Below, piece by piece: positions 37,417 through 47,283 of a stretch of DNA of 64,000 nucleotides (positions are counted from its first letter, which is position 1; the number at the start of each line of letters is the position of its first letter). The position numbers and the translations under genes were made by a program. The DNA is taken from contig CAZYMB010000008.1 of the NCBI GenBank assembly GCA_964648795.1, positions 8,401-72,400 of the forward strand, in the 5' to 3' direction. Origin of the DNA: an uncultured Acidimicrobiaceae bacterium. Lineage in GTDB: Bacteria; Actinomycetota; Acidimicrobiia; Acidimicrobiales; SZUA-35. Below the pieces are notes generated by a model. It was not told the origin of the DNA and did no database searches. It saw only the letters and a program-made list of their open reading frames with translations.

Positions 37417-39444
37417 CTACTTGCTCATTTCTTTGAGTTCACGCTTGAGATCTTTGATCTCATCCCGTAGACGGGCCGCATACTCGAATCTAAGATCTGC
37501 GGACGCTTCATTCATCTCAGCAGTCAATGCTTCGATAAGGCGTCCCAAATCTGCTTCCGGAAGATTCTTCAGTTCTTCAATGCGTTTCTTATCTGCTGCA
37601 GTCTGCTTACGCTTGCCTTCACCAGGAACTGGCGCAGTCTCGCTACCTGATCGCATCATCGCCAGAATGTCGGTCACTGGCTTACTTACGGTTTTTGGCA
37701 CAATCCCGTGTTTCTCGTTGTATGCAATCTGTAGTCCACGGCGGCGATTCGTTTCAGAAATTGCTTTCTGCATCGAGTCTGTAATCTTGTCGGCATACAT
37801 AAAGACACGGCCCTCAACGTTTCTCGCTGCACGACCAATGGTCTGCACTAGCGACGTTTCACTTCGCAAGAACCCTTCTTTGTCAGCGTCGAGAATGCAA
37901 ACAAGCTGAACTTCTGGGAGATCAAGACCTTCTCGAAGCAGGTTGATACCTACAAGGACATCAAACTCGCCAAGACGTAGCGCCCGAAGTATCTCGATAC
38001 GTTCGATCGTGTCAATCTCTGAGTGCAGATATCGCACTCGCACACCCTGCTCTAATAGGTAGTCAGTGAGATCCTCAGCCATCTTCTTGGTGAGCGTTGT
38101 AATCAACACTCGACCCTCATTCGCTATAACGTCTTCTGTATTGGACAAGATGTCATCAATCTGACCTTTAGTTGGACGAACCTCAACTTCAGGGTCAATC
38201 AAACCGGTAGGGCGCACGATCTGCTCAACAACTGCTTTAGAGTTCTCGAGCTCGTATTCGCCGGGCGTCGCTGACAAATACACAACTTGATTAACACGCT
38301 CATGCCACTCTTCAAAACGTAGTGGCCGGTTATCTCTAGCAGATGGCAGGCGAAAGCCGTGCTCTACCAACGTGTCTTTACGACTCCGGTCACCGGCATA
38401 CTGCCCATGAAGTTGCGGCACTGCTACGTGAGATTCATCTAACACCATTAAAAAATCATCTGGGAAGTAGTCGATAAGGGTGAACGGGGCCTCCCCTGCT
38501 TCTCGCCCATCAATGTGTCGTGAGTAGTTCTCAATACCGTTGCAGAAGCCCATCTCCTGAATCATTTCAAGGTCATACTCGGTTCGCATACGAAGACGCT
38601 GCGCCTCGAGTAGTTGGTTGCTGTTCTCAAAATCCTTGAGCGTAACCTGCAACTCATTCTCTATCTTTGTGATAGCTGAGGTCATCCTGTCTTCGGAAGC
38701 TACATAGTGAGACGCCGGAAAGATCACCACCTCACCTAACTTCTCAATCACCTCACCAGTTACCGGGTCAATTGCGGTAATGGATTCGATATCGTCGCCA
38801 AATAGCTCTATACGAACAATGTGTTCTTCGTAAGCCGGGTGAATCTCTAGAGTGTCTCCCCTAACTCGAAAAGTTCCCCGCACAAGATTCATGTCGTTGC
38901 GTTCATACTGCATATCAACAAGACGCCGTAAAATTTGACGCTGGTCTTGCTCCTCACCTGCTGTGATAATCAAAAGCTGTTGGCGATACTCTTCCGGCGA
39001 ACCAAGACCATATATACATGAAACCGAAGCAACAACTATTGTGTCTCGGCGAGTTAGCAGTGCTGCAGTAGTCGAGTGACGCAAACGGTCAATCTCATCG
39101 TTAACCGACGAGTCTTTCTCGACATATGTGTCCGACGAAGCAATATAAGCTTCCGGCTGGTAGTAGTCGTAGTAACTGACAAAGTATTCGACCCGATTCT
39201 TAGGGAAGAACTCTTTAAACTCGTTAGCCAGCTGAGCGGCCAAAGACTTGTTCGGTGCAATAACAAGTGTGGGACGTTGCAGAGCCTCGATTGCCCAAGC
39301 AATAGTCGCAGACTTACCAGAACCTGTAATACCCAAAAGAGTCTGCATCTGGTTACCAGCATTAATCGACTTAGTCAAAGCACTAATTGCTTTCGGCTGG
39401 TCACCGGCAGGCTTGTAATCAGCCATCATTTCAAACTTAGGCAC
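37417..39444 (-). CDS. uvrB: Excinuclease ABC subunit B
   Basis: 675 aa. Motifs are the helicase motif I GITGSGKS, the DEAH-like VLDESH, and the C-terminal UVR domain ([16 protein letters not shown]). Confidence 0.97.
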   Translation of the reverse strand: MPKFEMMADYKPAGDQPKAISALTKSINAGNQMQTLLGITGSGKSATIAWAIEALQRPTLVIAPNKSLAAQLANEFKEFFPKNRVEYFVSYYDYYQPEAYIASSDTYVEKDSSVNDEIDRLRHSTTAALLTRRDTIVVASVSCIYGLGSPEEYRQQLLIITAGEEQDQRQILRRLVDMQYERNDMNLVRGTFRVRGDTLEIHPAYEEHIVRIELFGDDIESITAIDPVTGEVIEKLGEVVIFPASHYVASEDRMTSAITKIENELQVTLKDFENSNQLLEAQRLRMRTEYDLEMIQEMGFCNGIENYSRHIDGREAGEAPFTLIDYFPDDFLMVLDESHVAVPQLHGQYAGDRSRKDTLVEHGFRLPSARDNRPLRFEEWHERVNQVVYLSATPGEYELENSKAVVEQIVRPTGLIDPEVEVRPTKGQIDDILSNTEDVIANEGRVLITTLTKKMAEDLTDYLLEQGVRVRYLHSEIDTIERIEILRALRLGEFDVLVGINLLREGLDLPEVQLVCILDADKEGFLRSETSLVQTIGRAARNVEGRVFMYADKITDSMQKAISETNRRRGLQIAYNEKHGIVPKTVSKPVTDILAMMRSGSETAPVPGEGKRKQTAADKKRIEELKNLPEADLGRLIEALTAEMNEASADLRFEYAARLRDEIKDLKRELKEMSK

Positions 39445-39802
39445 AGCCCCAGGCTACCGCCGTTCGCTTCGCTCACTAACCGAGTTTCAACGATAGATCG
39501 CACAGCAGCGTGCGAGGCTCATGATGTTAGTTGCCCATTTACTTGCCTAGATTCCGACAAATGAATGCAGTTGGATCCCTTTGTCTCCAGACGGCTACGT
39601 AAATGTCACCGAACATCATTCGTATAAGCAACGCTCTTGCCGCTAGTGAAGCTGGATGACTGCAGTTTGCGCAGACCTCTGGAGGCGGGCCATCCGACAA
39701 ATCTTGAGAACTCAGATCTCTGCCTGCCGTAGTCAGGCAAGCAAATTGCCAGTCACCAGCGAGCGATCACATGTGACCTCTGTTAGTAGTCGCTTGGACG
39801 AA

Positions 39803-40513
39803 TTAGTCCAGAGTTACTATCCCCATTCTTACAGCCTGCAAGACTGCTTGCGTACGGTCACGTGCATCTAGCTTCTGATAGATCGATGCAAGATGGTTCT
39901 TAACAGTCTTCTGCGAGATGAACAGCTCTTCAGCTACCTCAGGGGTAGAGCACCCGTTGGCGATCATTTGAAGAACTTCTTCTTCACGCTTAGTGATGAC
40001 ACGTTCAGCCTTTGGCGCCCCGTCCATCTTGCGTACTTCTGCCAATACAGTTGCGGCCAAGTTTGGCGATAACGCTGTTTCACCTGCGACTACAGAAGTG
40101 ATCGCTGACCCAATCTCGTCGACACTGCAGTCTTTTACGAGGTAGCCGGTGGCTCCAGCAGTAATTGACTTAGAGAGCATGTCCTGGTCTGCGTGCATAG
40201 TCAATATAACGATGGCTACTTGTGGGTTAGCTTGACGAATCTCACGTGTTACCTCAATACCGTCGACGCCTGGGAGGCTGACGTCCATCAAGATCACGTT
40301 TGGTCGAGTAGACGCAGCAAGTGCTGGCGCTTCTTCGCCATTGGCGCACTGGCCAACAATTTCAAAGCCTCGCTCTGTCAATGCGTCAGACAGACTTTCA
40401 CGATATGACCTGTGGTCTTCGACCAACATCACGCGTGTCTTTGTTGGCTGAGACTGATCCGGACGAGCTCGTCGTCCTTTATTCTCTGGGTTTAGATTTT
40501 GTTCAGGGTGCAT
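39803..40513 (-). CDS. Two-component response regulator, NarL/LuxR family
   Basis: It has a receiver domain (VMLVEDH...ILMDVSLPGVDG) and a C-terminal LuxR HTH (LTKREEEVLQMIANGCSTPEVAEELFISQKTVKNHL). The start is uncertain: the ATG at 40513 overlaps the kinase gene, and an internal Met at 40429 is also possible. Confidence 0.85.
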   Translation of the reverse strand: MHPEQNLNPENKGRRARPDQSQPTKTRVMLVEDHRSYRESLSDALTERGFEIVGQCANGEEAPALAASTRPNVILMDVSLPGVDGIEVTREIRQANPQVAIVILTMHADQDMLSKSITAGATGYLVKDCSVDEIGSAITSVVAGETALSPNLAATVLAEVRKMDGAPKAERVITKREEEVLQMIANGCSTPEVAEELFISQKTVKNHLASIYQKLDARDRTQAVLQAVRMGIVTLD

Positions 40514-41103
40514 TGTATGACCGTGCCCTCTTCTGTAGTTGATTGAATTCTAAAAGTCGCACCGATTTTGTCGGCTCTCTCCCGCATCCCCAGAATCCCG
40601 TAAGAGTCAGATGATCCTGATCCGGGTTCAAAACCGCATCCATCATCGATAATCTCCAACAGACATTCCCCATCAAAGTTACTAAACGCCACTTGAAGCA
40701 GATTTGCTTCGGCGTGCATTCCCACATTGTTGATAGCTTCGGTAGCGATAAGCGCTAACTCTGCTTCAACTTCGGGGCTTAGCGAATAGTCAGAACTATG
40801 TTCAAATGCTACTTGGACTCTATTCTGTAGAGCTTCAAGAGCAGAATTGATCGAATCATAGACGTTACGTTGGTTTGCTTGCTCGCCACGTAGCTGTGAA
40901 AGAATCTCCCGCAATTGCGTTCTAGCTGTTTCTATCTCGGTCAGAGCTGAAGCCAGTTCACTGGCCGAACTCTCCGGAGCTCTACTTGCCCTTCGAACAC
41001 GAATCTCAGCTGACGAAAGTGAGGGACCTAACTTGTCGTGAAGGTCACGTGCAACAGCATCAATTGGATTGATTGTTTCGATCTGTTCGCTCAACATTAC
41101 CAT
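40492..41103 (-). CDS. Histidine kinase core only (HisKA_3 DHp + HATPase), no sensor or TM region
   Basis: 203 aa. It has the H-box ARDLHDKLGPSL, the N-box ATEAINNVGMHA and G-boxes IIDDGCGF / GILGMRERA. Only 78 nt separate its start from coaE. Confidence 0.75.
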   Translation of the reverse strand: MVMLSEQIETINPIDAVARDLHDKLGPSLSSAEIRVRRASRAPESSASELASALTEIETARTQLREILSQLRGEQANQRNVYDSINSALEALQNRVQVAFEHSSDYSLSPEVEAELALIATEAINNVGMHAEANLLQVAFSNFDGECLLEIIDDGCGFEPGSGSSDSYGILGMRERADKIGATFRIQSTTEEGTVIQCTLNKI

Positions 41104-41202
41104 TCCGCCAAAAATTCCTTACTATTCGCCGTAGTTAACTATTCGGCAATTTATTCCAGCCCTTAAGCCATTTGGATTATTTTGCTTCTAAGCTCTGTGT
41201 TC

Positions 41203-41799
41203 ATGCTTTCAGTACTGATTACAGGGCCTATTGGATCTGGCAAATCCTCTGCTTTAGCTACTTTTGGGGAGCGTGGATGGCTTACTTTAGCTGCCGACGA
41301 CGTGGTTGCTCTGCTCCAACAGCCTTCGGGAGCAGCTTTTCCTTATATTTTGGAACGCTTCCCCACGGCTACTCTGACCGACTCAGATGGCTCCACCGTT
41401 ATTGATAAAGCCAAACTAAGGGAACAGATATTCAGCGATAAATTGGCTAAGGAATCTCTTGAGGCCATCCTGCACCCACTAGTCCAGAACGAAATTACTA
41501 ACTGGCTAACAACTCACAGCGACCACAACCGAGCCGTCGAAATACCACTTATCGATTCTGAGAGTCCTTATCTGGAACTCTTTGATCATATTATTGCAAT
41601 CACAGCTCATGATGCTTCCATCGATCGTAAAGCAAGCCAGACTGGTTTAACGACCGAGCAAGTAGCGACCATCCGCAGCAATCAACCAAGCAATGACGCA
41701 TACATCGCACTCGCTGACACCCACATAGCCAATGACTCAACCGAAGAAGAATTTGTTCTCCGAGTTGCTGAACTCGCCGGACAACTAATTATGCGTTAA
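41203..41799 (+). CDS. coaE: Dephospho-CoA kinase
   Basis: The track ORF has a TTG start at 41182. I prefer the ATG at 41203 (MLSVLITGPIGSGKSS P-loop). It sits in the conserved position between rpsA and uvrB in Actinomycetota. Confidence 0.8.
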   Translation: MLSVLITGPIGSGKSSALATFGERGWLTLAADDVVALLQQPSGAAFPYILERFPTATLTDSDGSTVIDKAKLREQIFSDKLAKESLEAILHPLVQNEITNWLTTHSDHNRAVEIPLIDSESPYLELFDHIIAITAHDASIDRKASQTGLTTEQVATIRSNQPSNDAYIALADTHIANDSTEEEFVLRVAELAGQLIMR

Positions 41800-42730
41800 A
41801 CGTTTCTAGAATTGATAGTGCCGCCGGCCCAAGAATTACAATAAACAGACTTGGGAAGATGCAGAAAACCATTGGGATAAGCATCTTAACTGGAGCTTTC
41901 TGAGCCTTTTCTTGCGCTTCCTGACGTCGACGGATTCTCATCTCATCAGCCTGTCCACGTAACACTCGCCCGATACTTACACCAAATGTGTCGGCCTGAA
42001 TCATGGCTAGGACGAAAGAGCGAACTTCTTCAGAGTTAATTCTCTCTTGCAGATTGCGGAGAGCATCAGCCCTAGAAGAACCAGCTGTGACTTCACCCAA
42101 CATGCGGGCAAACTCTCTGCTTAACGGACCTGGTACATTCTCAACCACACGATCCACTGCCTGATCAAAACCCAAACCTGATTCGACACAAATGGTCAGA
42201 AGGTCAAGGGTGTCTGGTAGAGCACGACGGATTGCAACTTCACGCTCTTCGACTTTCGCATCAAGTCGTTTGTTCGGAAGAACGAATGCACCAACAGCGA
42301 CAAATCCGACTAGACCAATTTGGCGAACTAGCGTATTGAAGAATGGAAGTGGTACGAAGAAAATTATCAGAGCTATCGGAACGATTGCAAGAATGAAAGC
42401 TGCACGTTGAAAGAGAAAGCTCTCTACTGCCTTAGTCTTGTCAATTCCAGCACGAAGATGCTTATCTTTGACACCTGCAACGTAATCTGGTGGGCTGAAC
42501 TTTTTACCAACGCCTTCGATTACACCAGCAGCTGGACCAAGCAGACGAGTTCTTAGAGGGACCAACAGCGACTTGTCACGATCGCCTACTATCTCGAACT
42601 CTTGAAGCTGGCTCAAAGCATCGCGTGCAGAAACACGCTCTTGCTGACGGCTAACGATGACAAATGCCACCAAAGCCACACTTAGTGCTCCAAGAACTGG
42701 GATAGCTACTGTGAGAATTGAGCTAAGCAT
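41789..42730 (-). CDS. tadC: Tad/Flp pilus assembly inner-membrane platform protein TadC (T2SS F-domain)
   Basis: 313 aa with an N-terminal TM, a cytoplasmic helical T2SSF-like domain (LPDTLDLLTICVESGLGFDQAV) and C-terminal TMs. It has an 8-nt overlap with tadB. Confidence 0.8.
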   Translation of the reverse strand: MLSSILTVAIPVLGALSVALVAFVIVSRQQERVSARDALSQLQEFEIVGDRDKSLLVPLRTRLLGPAAGVIEGVGKKFSPPDYVAGVKDKHLRAGIDKTKAVESFLFQRAAFILAIVPIALIIFFVPLPFFNTLVRQIGLVGFVAVGAFVLPNKRLDAKVEEREVAIRRALPDTLDLLTICVESGLGFDQAVDRVVENVPGPLSREFARMLGEVTAGSSRADALRNLQERINSEEVRSFVLAMIQADTFGVSIGRVLRGQADEMRIRRRQEAQEKAQKAPVKMLIPMVFCIFPSLFIVILGPAALSILETFNA

Positions 42731-44621
42731 CGATAGTCACCACCTTACGCATCCAAAGGACGCCAATAACGCCAGCCACAAACCCGACCACTAGCAATAG
42801 CCAGCCAATCGGTTTTGCGAATAGCGGTGAGATGTATCCAGGATTAACAACAGAAATTACAGTCAACAGCGCCGGCGGCATTAGAGCCAGAATCATTGCC
42901 GACAATCTACCTTCCGCTGTTAAGGCTTTAACCTCACCACGAAGTCTTTCACGAAGAGTAATAGTTTCAGCAACAGTCGTAAGTAGCTCATTCAAGTTAC
43001 CGCCGACTTCACGCTGAATACCGATCGCTAATACGGTCCAGGCAAAGTCAGGACTATCCATGCGTTCACCAACACCGCCAAGGGCTTCTTCTAGATCCTT
43101 ACCGAGTGCTGCTTCAGACATAGCCTTTTGTAATTCAGAACCCATTGGTTCAGCAATTTCTGCCGAAACAGCATCTAAACCTTGAGGCAGTGAATAACCA
43201 GCACGCAAGGTACCACCTAGAAGGTTGAGGGTATCAGGTAGCTGAAGCTCAAACTTTCGGAGACGACGTCGAGCCAAAGCTTGGAGAACAATCACCGAAA
43301 CTACAAGCGACATTAATATCACAAGCCCGACGGCCAAGATGCTGCGGGTTGTGAATCCAACCAGTAGTGCCAAGACAACGGTCGCACCAAACGCTAGAAG
43401 TAGAGCTTCACCAGCTCTAAGTGGAAGGTCAGCTTTCTCAAGATCCGAGTTGATTCGCTCTGTAAATCCTCTACCTTCGGTAAAGGTTTCGGTTGCGGAC
43501 ACTGCCTTTTTTACGATTGCAGACTGTATCAGCTGATCTGCTTGACTTAGACCTTCTCCGTCAGCAGTTTGGTTACCACCGATATAACTAGAAAGAACGC
43601 CGTCAATACTGTTCTCCCGATACTGAAGAATCAAGTTAGCAATCATAAAGACAGCAAACGCAATTACTCCAGCCGCCAGAACTAGTGAAATGTAGAAGAC
43701 CCATCGACCAGAAAAGAACGATCCAGAAGCGTCAGGATCGATCACAACTGGAGCGTCCAACGCAACTGCACCTGTACTAACAGTATTTGCAGCAAAGCCA
43801 TGAGCTAATTGGCTACCACCAACCGTGATATCCAAAGCCTGTCGCCCTGTTAAGTCTGCTGGAGCATTTAGCTCAAAGCTCCACCTAGAAATAGATGCAG
43901 CATTTTCAATCGAGGTCGCAAGACTTTCTTCCTGAACGATATAGCCCGAAGAAAGTTCAACTAAACGATTGATCGACTGTGTGACTGATCCGGCGCTTGG
44001 AACAACTGCTAGTTGAATTCCACGAACCACGAAGTCATCATTAAAGCCCTGGTCTAGCGAACCCAAACCTGGAGTTACTAAGACAACTGTCTTTTGAGCA
44101 CTCTCATCATCGAGTTGACGAATCGCTAGCGAGATTGCCCCAGTAATGTCTGACTCACCTTGTGAGGCAAGGTTTGACAGCTCATCTAGAGCGTCTGCTG
44201 GTGTTCCAGCTCCAGACAGAACACGAGAGACCGTACCAGCTTCTACTAGAGAAACTGTTACATCGTCACTCAGCCCAGAAAGGGCTGACTCCACTGCTGC
44301 CACAGTGGCATCCAGTTGACCAGCGTCTCCACCCGGACCGACGTCTACAACTAGCGTTACCTGAGAAGAACCTTGACTGACCTCACTACTCGCTGAAACT
44401 GTGACAGATTCTCCGGCTACTGCAAATTCAGCCGAAGCTAGATCTGTAGCGGGGTCAACAGAAATCAGTGATGCCGTAAGTTGTTCTCCAACGTCGTTAA
44501 CTTCGACTAGCTGAACAGCAGGAGCTGATTCTTGCCCTTGAGCTGACGCCAAAGAGGTCGAAGCCAATAGAAGAGCAACGACTACCAAGAGTAGTGAAAC
44601 TACTTTAGTATTCTTAGCCAT
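42723..44621 (-). CDS. tadB: TadB-like platform protein fused to an N-terminal exported, roughly 300-aa vWA-like domain
   Basis: 632 aa with a signal peptide (VVSLLLVVVALLLASTSLASAQG). Residues about 85-230 resemble a vWA fold with a degenerate MIDAS (TLVVDVGPGGD...GESDITGAISLAI...KTVVLVTPG). A TM lies near residue 306, followed by a T2SSF domain (LPDTLNLLGGTLRAGYSLPQGL). Confidence 0.75.
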   Translation of the reverse strand: MAKNTKVVSLLLVVVALLLASTSLASAQGQESAPAVQLVEVNDVGEQLTASLISVDPATDLASAEFAVAGESVTVSASSEVSQGSSQVTLVVDVGPGGDAGQLDATVAAVESALSGLSDDVTVSLVEAGTVSRVLSGAGTPADALDELSNLASQGESDITGAISLAIRQLDDESAQKTVVLVTPGLGSLDQGFNDDFVVRGIQLAVVPSAGSVTQSINRLVELSSGYIVQEESLATSIENAASISRWSFELNAPADLTGRQALDITVGGSQLAHGFAANTVSTGAVALDAPVVIDPDASGSFFSGRWVFYISLVLAAGVIAFAVFMIANLILQYRENSIDGVLSSYIGGNQTADGEGLSQADQLIQSAIVKKAVSATETFTEGRGFTERINSDLEKADLPLRAGEALLLAFGATVVLALLVGFTTRSILAVGLVILMSLVVSVIVLQALARRRLRKFELQLPDTLNLLGGTLRAGYSLPQGLDAVSAEIAEPMGSELQKAMSEAALGKDLEEALGGVGERMDSPDFAWTVLAIGIQREVGGNLNELLTTVAETITLRERLRGEVKALTAEGRLSAMILALMPPALLTVISVVNPGYISPLFAKPIGWLLLVVGFVAGVIGVLWMRKVVTIDA

Positions 44622-45978
44622 TCGACTTCCTCATTCTCTGTTCAGCAATTCTCACTGCTTCAGGAGCGAACATCTCAGGGCCCATCTTGATACCGTGATC
44701 AGCAAGCTTCTCGGTGAACTTAGGTCGAACACCCGTCGGCTTCAAATCGCCCTTATAACGACCATTGTCGTCAAGGCCGGCTGAATAGTCAAACTTGAAG
44801 ATGTCCTGCAAAGTAATAACCTCGCCTTCCATCCCGACAACCTCGGTTATATGCGTAATGCGACGAGTTCCGTCCTTTAGGCGCTGCAACTGAACAATTA
44901 CGTCAACTGCAGACGAAACTTGTTCCCTAATTGCTCGCACCGGTAGATCAAATCCAGCCATCATCACCAGAGTTTCTAGACGAGCAAGTGAATCGCGGGG
45001 GTTGTTAGCGTGAAGTGTTGTCAGAGACCCATCGTGACCAGTATTCATGGCCTGCAACATATCTAACGCCTCACCAGAACGACACTCACCGACAACAATT
45101 CGGTCAGGTCTCATACGAAGGGTGTTCTTCACGAGGTCACGAATGGTGACTTCACCTTCGCCTTCAATATTTGGAGGACGAGTCTCTAATGAAAGCACAT
45201 GGTCCTGACTAAGTTGAAGTTCTTTAGCATCCTCAACTGTGATGATTCTTTCATCGTCAGGAATGAAGCTTGATAGCACGTTCAAGGTTGTTGTCTTACC
45301 GGTACCAGTACCCCCAGAAACAATTACATTTAGACGGCCAACAATACAGGCTTGTAAAAACCTTGCTGAATGCACAGACAAAGTACCAAATCTGATTAGA
45401 TCATCAATTCGTAGTGGTTCGGCTGAGAACTTTCGAATAGTAAGAAAAGGTCCGCCTAAAGCCAACGGAGATATCACAGCATTTACGCGAGAGCCATCAG
45501 GTAGACGAGCATCGCACAAAGGCGAACTCTCATCGATTCGACGACCAATCTGTGCAACTATCTTGTCGATAATGCGACGTAGATGAGCTTCATCAACGAA
45601 ATGAATATCTTCTTTCGAAATACCACCTGTTCGTTCAACATAGATGTTGTCGGGCCCATTGCACATGATTTCAGTTACATCGTCGTCACGTAGGAGCTGG
45701 TCAATAGGACCATAGCCAAGAACATCGTCAGAGACTTCTTGAATAACTTGAGCCTTCTCCATTGCTGACATCGGAGTATTCTCTTGCATTAAGAATCGCT
45801 GCAGAGCTTCCTGAACACGAGCACGCAGCTCGACTTCGCCCATAGCCTTGTCGTATAGAACCGGGCCTAACTCTTCAATAAGGTTCTGATGAACTCGATG
45901 ACGTAGCTCGCCCAACGCACGCTTATGCTGATCTTGATCTCCATCAGATTTGTCACTAATTCTGTCGTACAAGCTCAT
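44614..45978 (-). CDS. cpaF: Tad/Flp pilus secretion ATPase CpaF/TadA
   Basis: 454 aa. Motifs are Walker [12 protein letters not shown], Asp box, Walker B RIVVGECR and His box [12 protein letters not shown]. Confidence 0.93.
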   Translation of the reverse strand: MSLYDRISDKSDGDQDQHKRALGELRHRVHQNLIEELGPVLYDKAMGEVELRARVQEALQRFLMQENTPMSAMEKAQVIQEVSDDVLGYGPIDQLLRDDDVTEIMCNGPDNIYVERTGGISKEDIHFVDEAHLRRIIDKIVAQIGRRIDESSPLCDARLPDGSRVNAVISPLALGGPFLTIRKFSAEPLRIDDLIRFGTLSVHSARFLQACIVGRLNVIVSGGTGTGKTTTLNVLSSFIPDDERIITVEDAKELQLSQDHVLSLETRPPNIEGEGEVTIRDLVKNTLRMRPDRIVVGECRSGEALDMLQAMNTGHDGSLTTLHANNPRDSLARLETLVMMAGFDLPVRAIREQVSSAVDVIVQLQRLKDGTRRITHITEVVGMEGEVITLQDIFKFDYSAGLDDNGRYKGDLKPTGVRPKFTEKLADHGIKMGPEMFAPEAVRIAEQRMRKSNG

Positions 45979-45987
45979 TGCTGTCCT

Positions 45988-47283
45988 CTATCCAAAAAAC
46001 TTTCTTCGGTTCTTTCCAGCTGGTGCTGCAAGAACTCCACCTTCTATGAACAAACTCGCAAACTTCTCAAATGCTCTCGCCACTCCAGAGTTAGGAGCAT
46101 CGATTACAACTGGTGCGCCCTTGTTTACCGAAATAGGGACTACAACATCACTTGGAACGTGAGCAGCAGCTTCGATTTTAAGTGCTCTCTCTACTTCACT
46201 AGCCTGCAATTTGACCTTTGAGTTCGCACGGTTTAGAACTAGTTTGATTCGCTCAGGTCCTACACCCAACATCGATAGTGCATTCATTGCGATACGAACG
46301 TTCTTGATATTTGGAATGTCCAAACCGGTGACGATTACAACTTCATCTGATTGCTCAAGAGTCTTGAATACAAGGTCATCGAGAATCGCTGGGAGATCTA
46401 CGATCACATACTCAGCAAATGTTTTACAAAGTTCAATGATCTTGATGAAGTCTTCAGCATTATACTGATCAGCAAAAGCTGGCTCTGCTGGTGCTGGCAA
46501 TACCATAAGACCAGAAGGCTCATGAGTTGTCATATAGCTCTTGATTAGTTCAGAATCTAGCTCATCTGCTCTTCCGATAGCATCAACAACGCTGTGTTGA
46601 GACTGCTTTAGTTTTAGCATTACAGCTACATCGCCGAACTGAAGGTTTCCGTCAATCAAAACGACTGGACGACTAGCTCTTCGAGCTAACACAACACCCA
46701 GATTCGTTGCCGTTACAGACTTACCGGAACCACCCTTAGTCGAGAATACAGTAACCTGTTGCCCAACTTGTCCAGGGCCTAGATCTTGTAATGCAGGAGG
46801 AGCAGCCGGAGCCTGAGTGACACCTTGAGCTGTAGGCAAACCTTCAGCTACACGGTGAACGGCTTCGACAAGTTGCTCTGACTCAATTGGAGCATTAAGA
46901 ACATCACGAACACCGTGACGCATAGCCTGTTGCATCAACTCTGTAGACAACTCTGCAGTCACCAGTATCGTGGCGACATTTGGATACATTCGCTTCCATT
47001 CATCAACTCGTTCAAGTTCTTCGCTAGTTGCACACGATGGACCCATTACGATTACGCGTGACTCAAGACCAATTTGTGGTTCTAGAGCGCCTAGCGAGTA
47101 GGCAGCATCAACTGAACCGTCGAACATACCGCTTAGGTAGTCACAAACCGATTGATCTGCGTCGACAACAGCCAAGGAGGCTCCACCAACTAGCTTGTAC
47201 TCTGAATCCGGGCTAACAGGTTGTTCACCTGTTGAGCCACCAAAGGAGTCAAAGTCCATTGATGAAAAATCGTACTCTTCCAT
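45988..47283 (-). CDS. cpaE: CpaE/TadZ-like pilus assembly ATPase (ParA/MinD fold with an N-terminal receiver-like domain)
   Basis: 431 aa. It has the deviant Walker A FSTKGGSGKSVTATNLG and an N-terminal pseudo-receiver region. Confidence 0.85.
   Translation of the reverse strand: MEEYDFSSMDFDSFGGSTGEQPVSPDSEYKLVGGASLAVVDADQSVCDYLSGMFDGSVDAAYSLGALEPQIGLESRVIVMGPSCATSEELERVDEWKRMYPNVATILVTAELSTELMQQAMRHGVRDVLNAPIESEQLVEAVHRVAEGLPTAQGVTQAPAAPPALQDLGPGQVGQQVTVFSTKGGSGKSVTATNLGVVLARRASRPVVLIDGNLQFGDVAVMLKLKQSQHSVVDAIGRADELDSELIKSYMTTHEPSGLMVLPAPAEPAFADQYNAEDFIKIIELCKTFAEYVIVDLPAILDDLVFKTLEQSDEVVIVTGLDIPNIKNVRIAMNALSMLGVGPERIKLVLNRANSKVKLQASEVERALKIEAAAHVPSDVVVPISVNKGAPVVIDAPNSGVARAFEKFASLFIEGGVLAAPAGKNRRKFFG

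Noticed and set aside
39767-39776. The palindrome TCACATGTGA and nearby imperfect hairpins in the 358-nt uvrB upstream / response-regulator downstream region, as a possible sRNA or operator.
   Set aside because: The palindrome is short and isolated. It lies just past the regulator stop codon, where weak terminator-like structures are expected. There is no further supporting structure.
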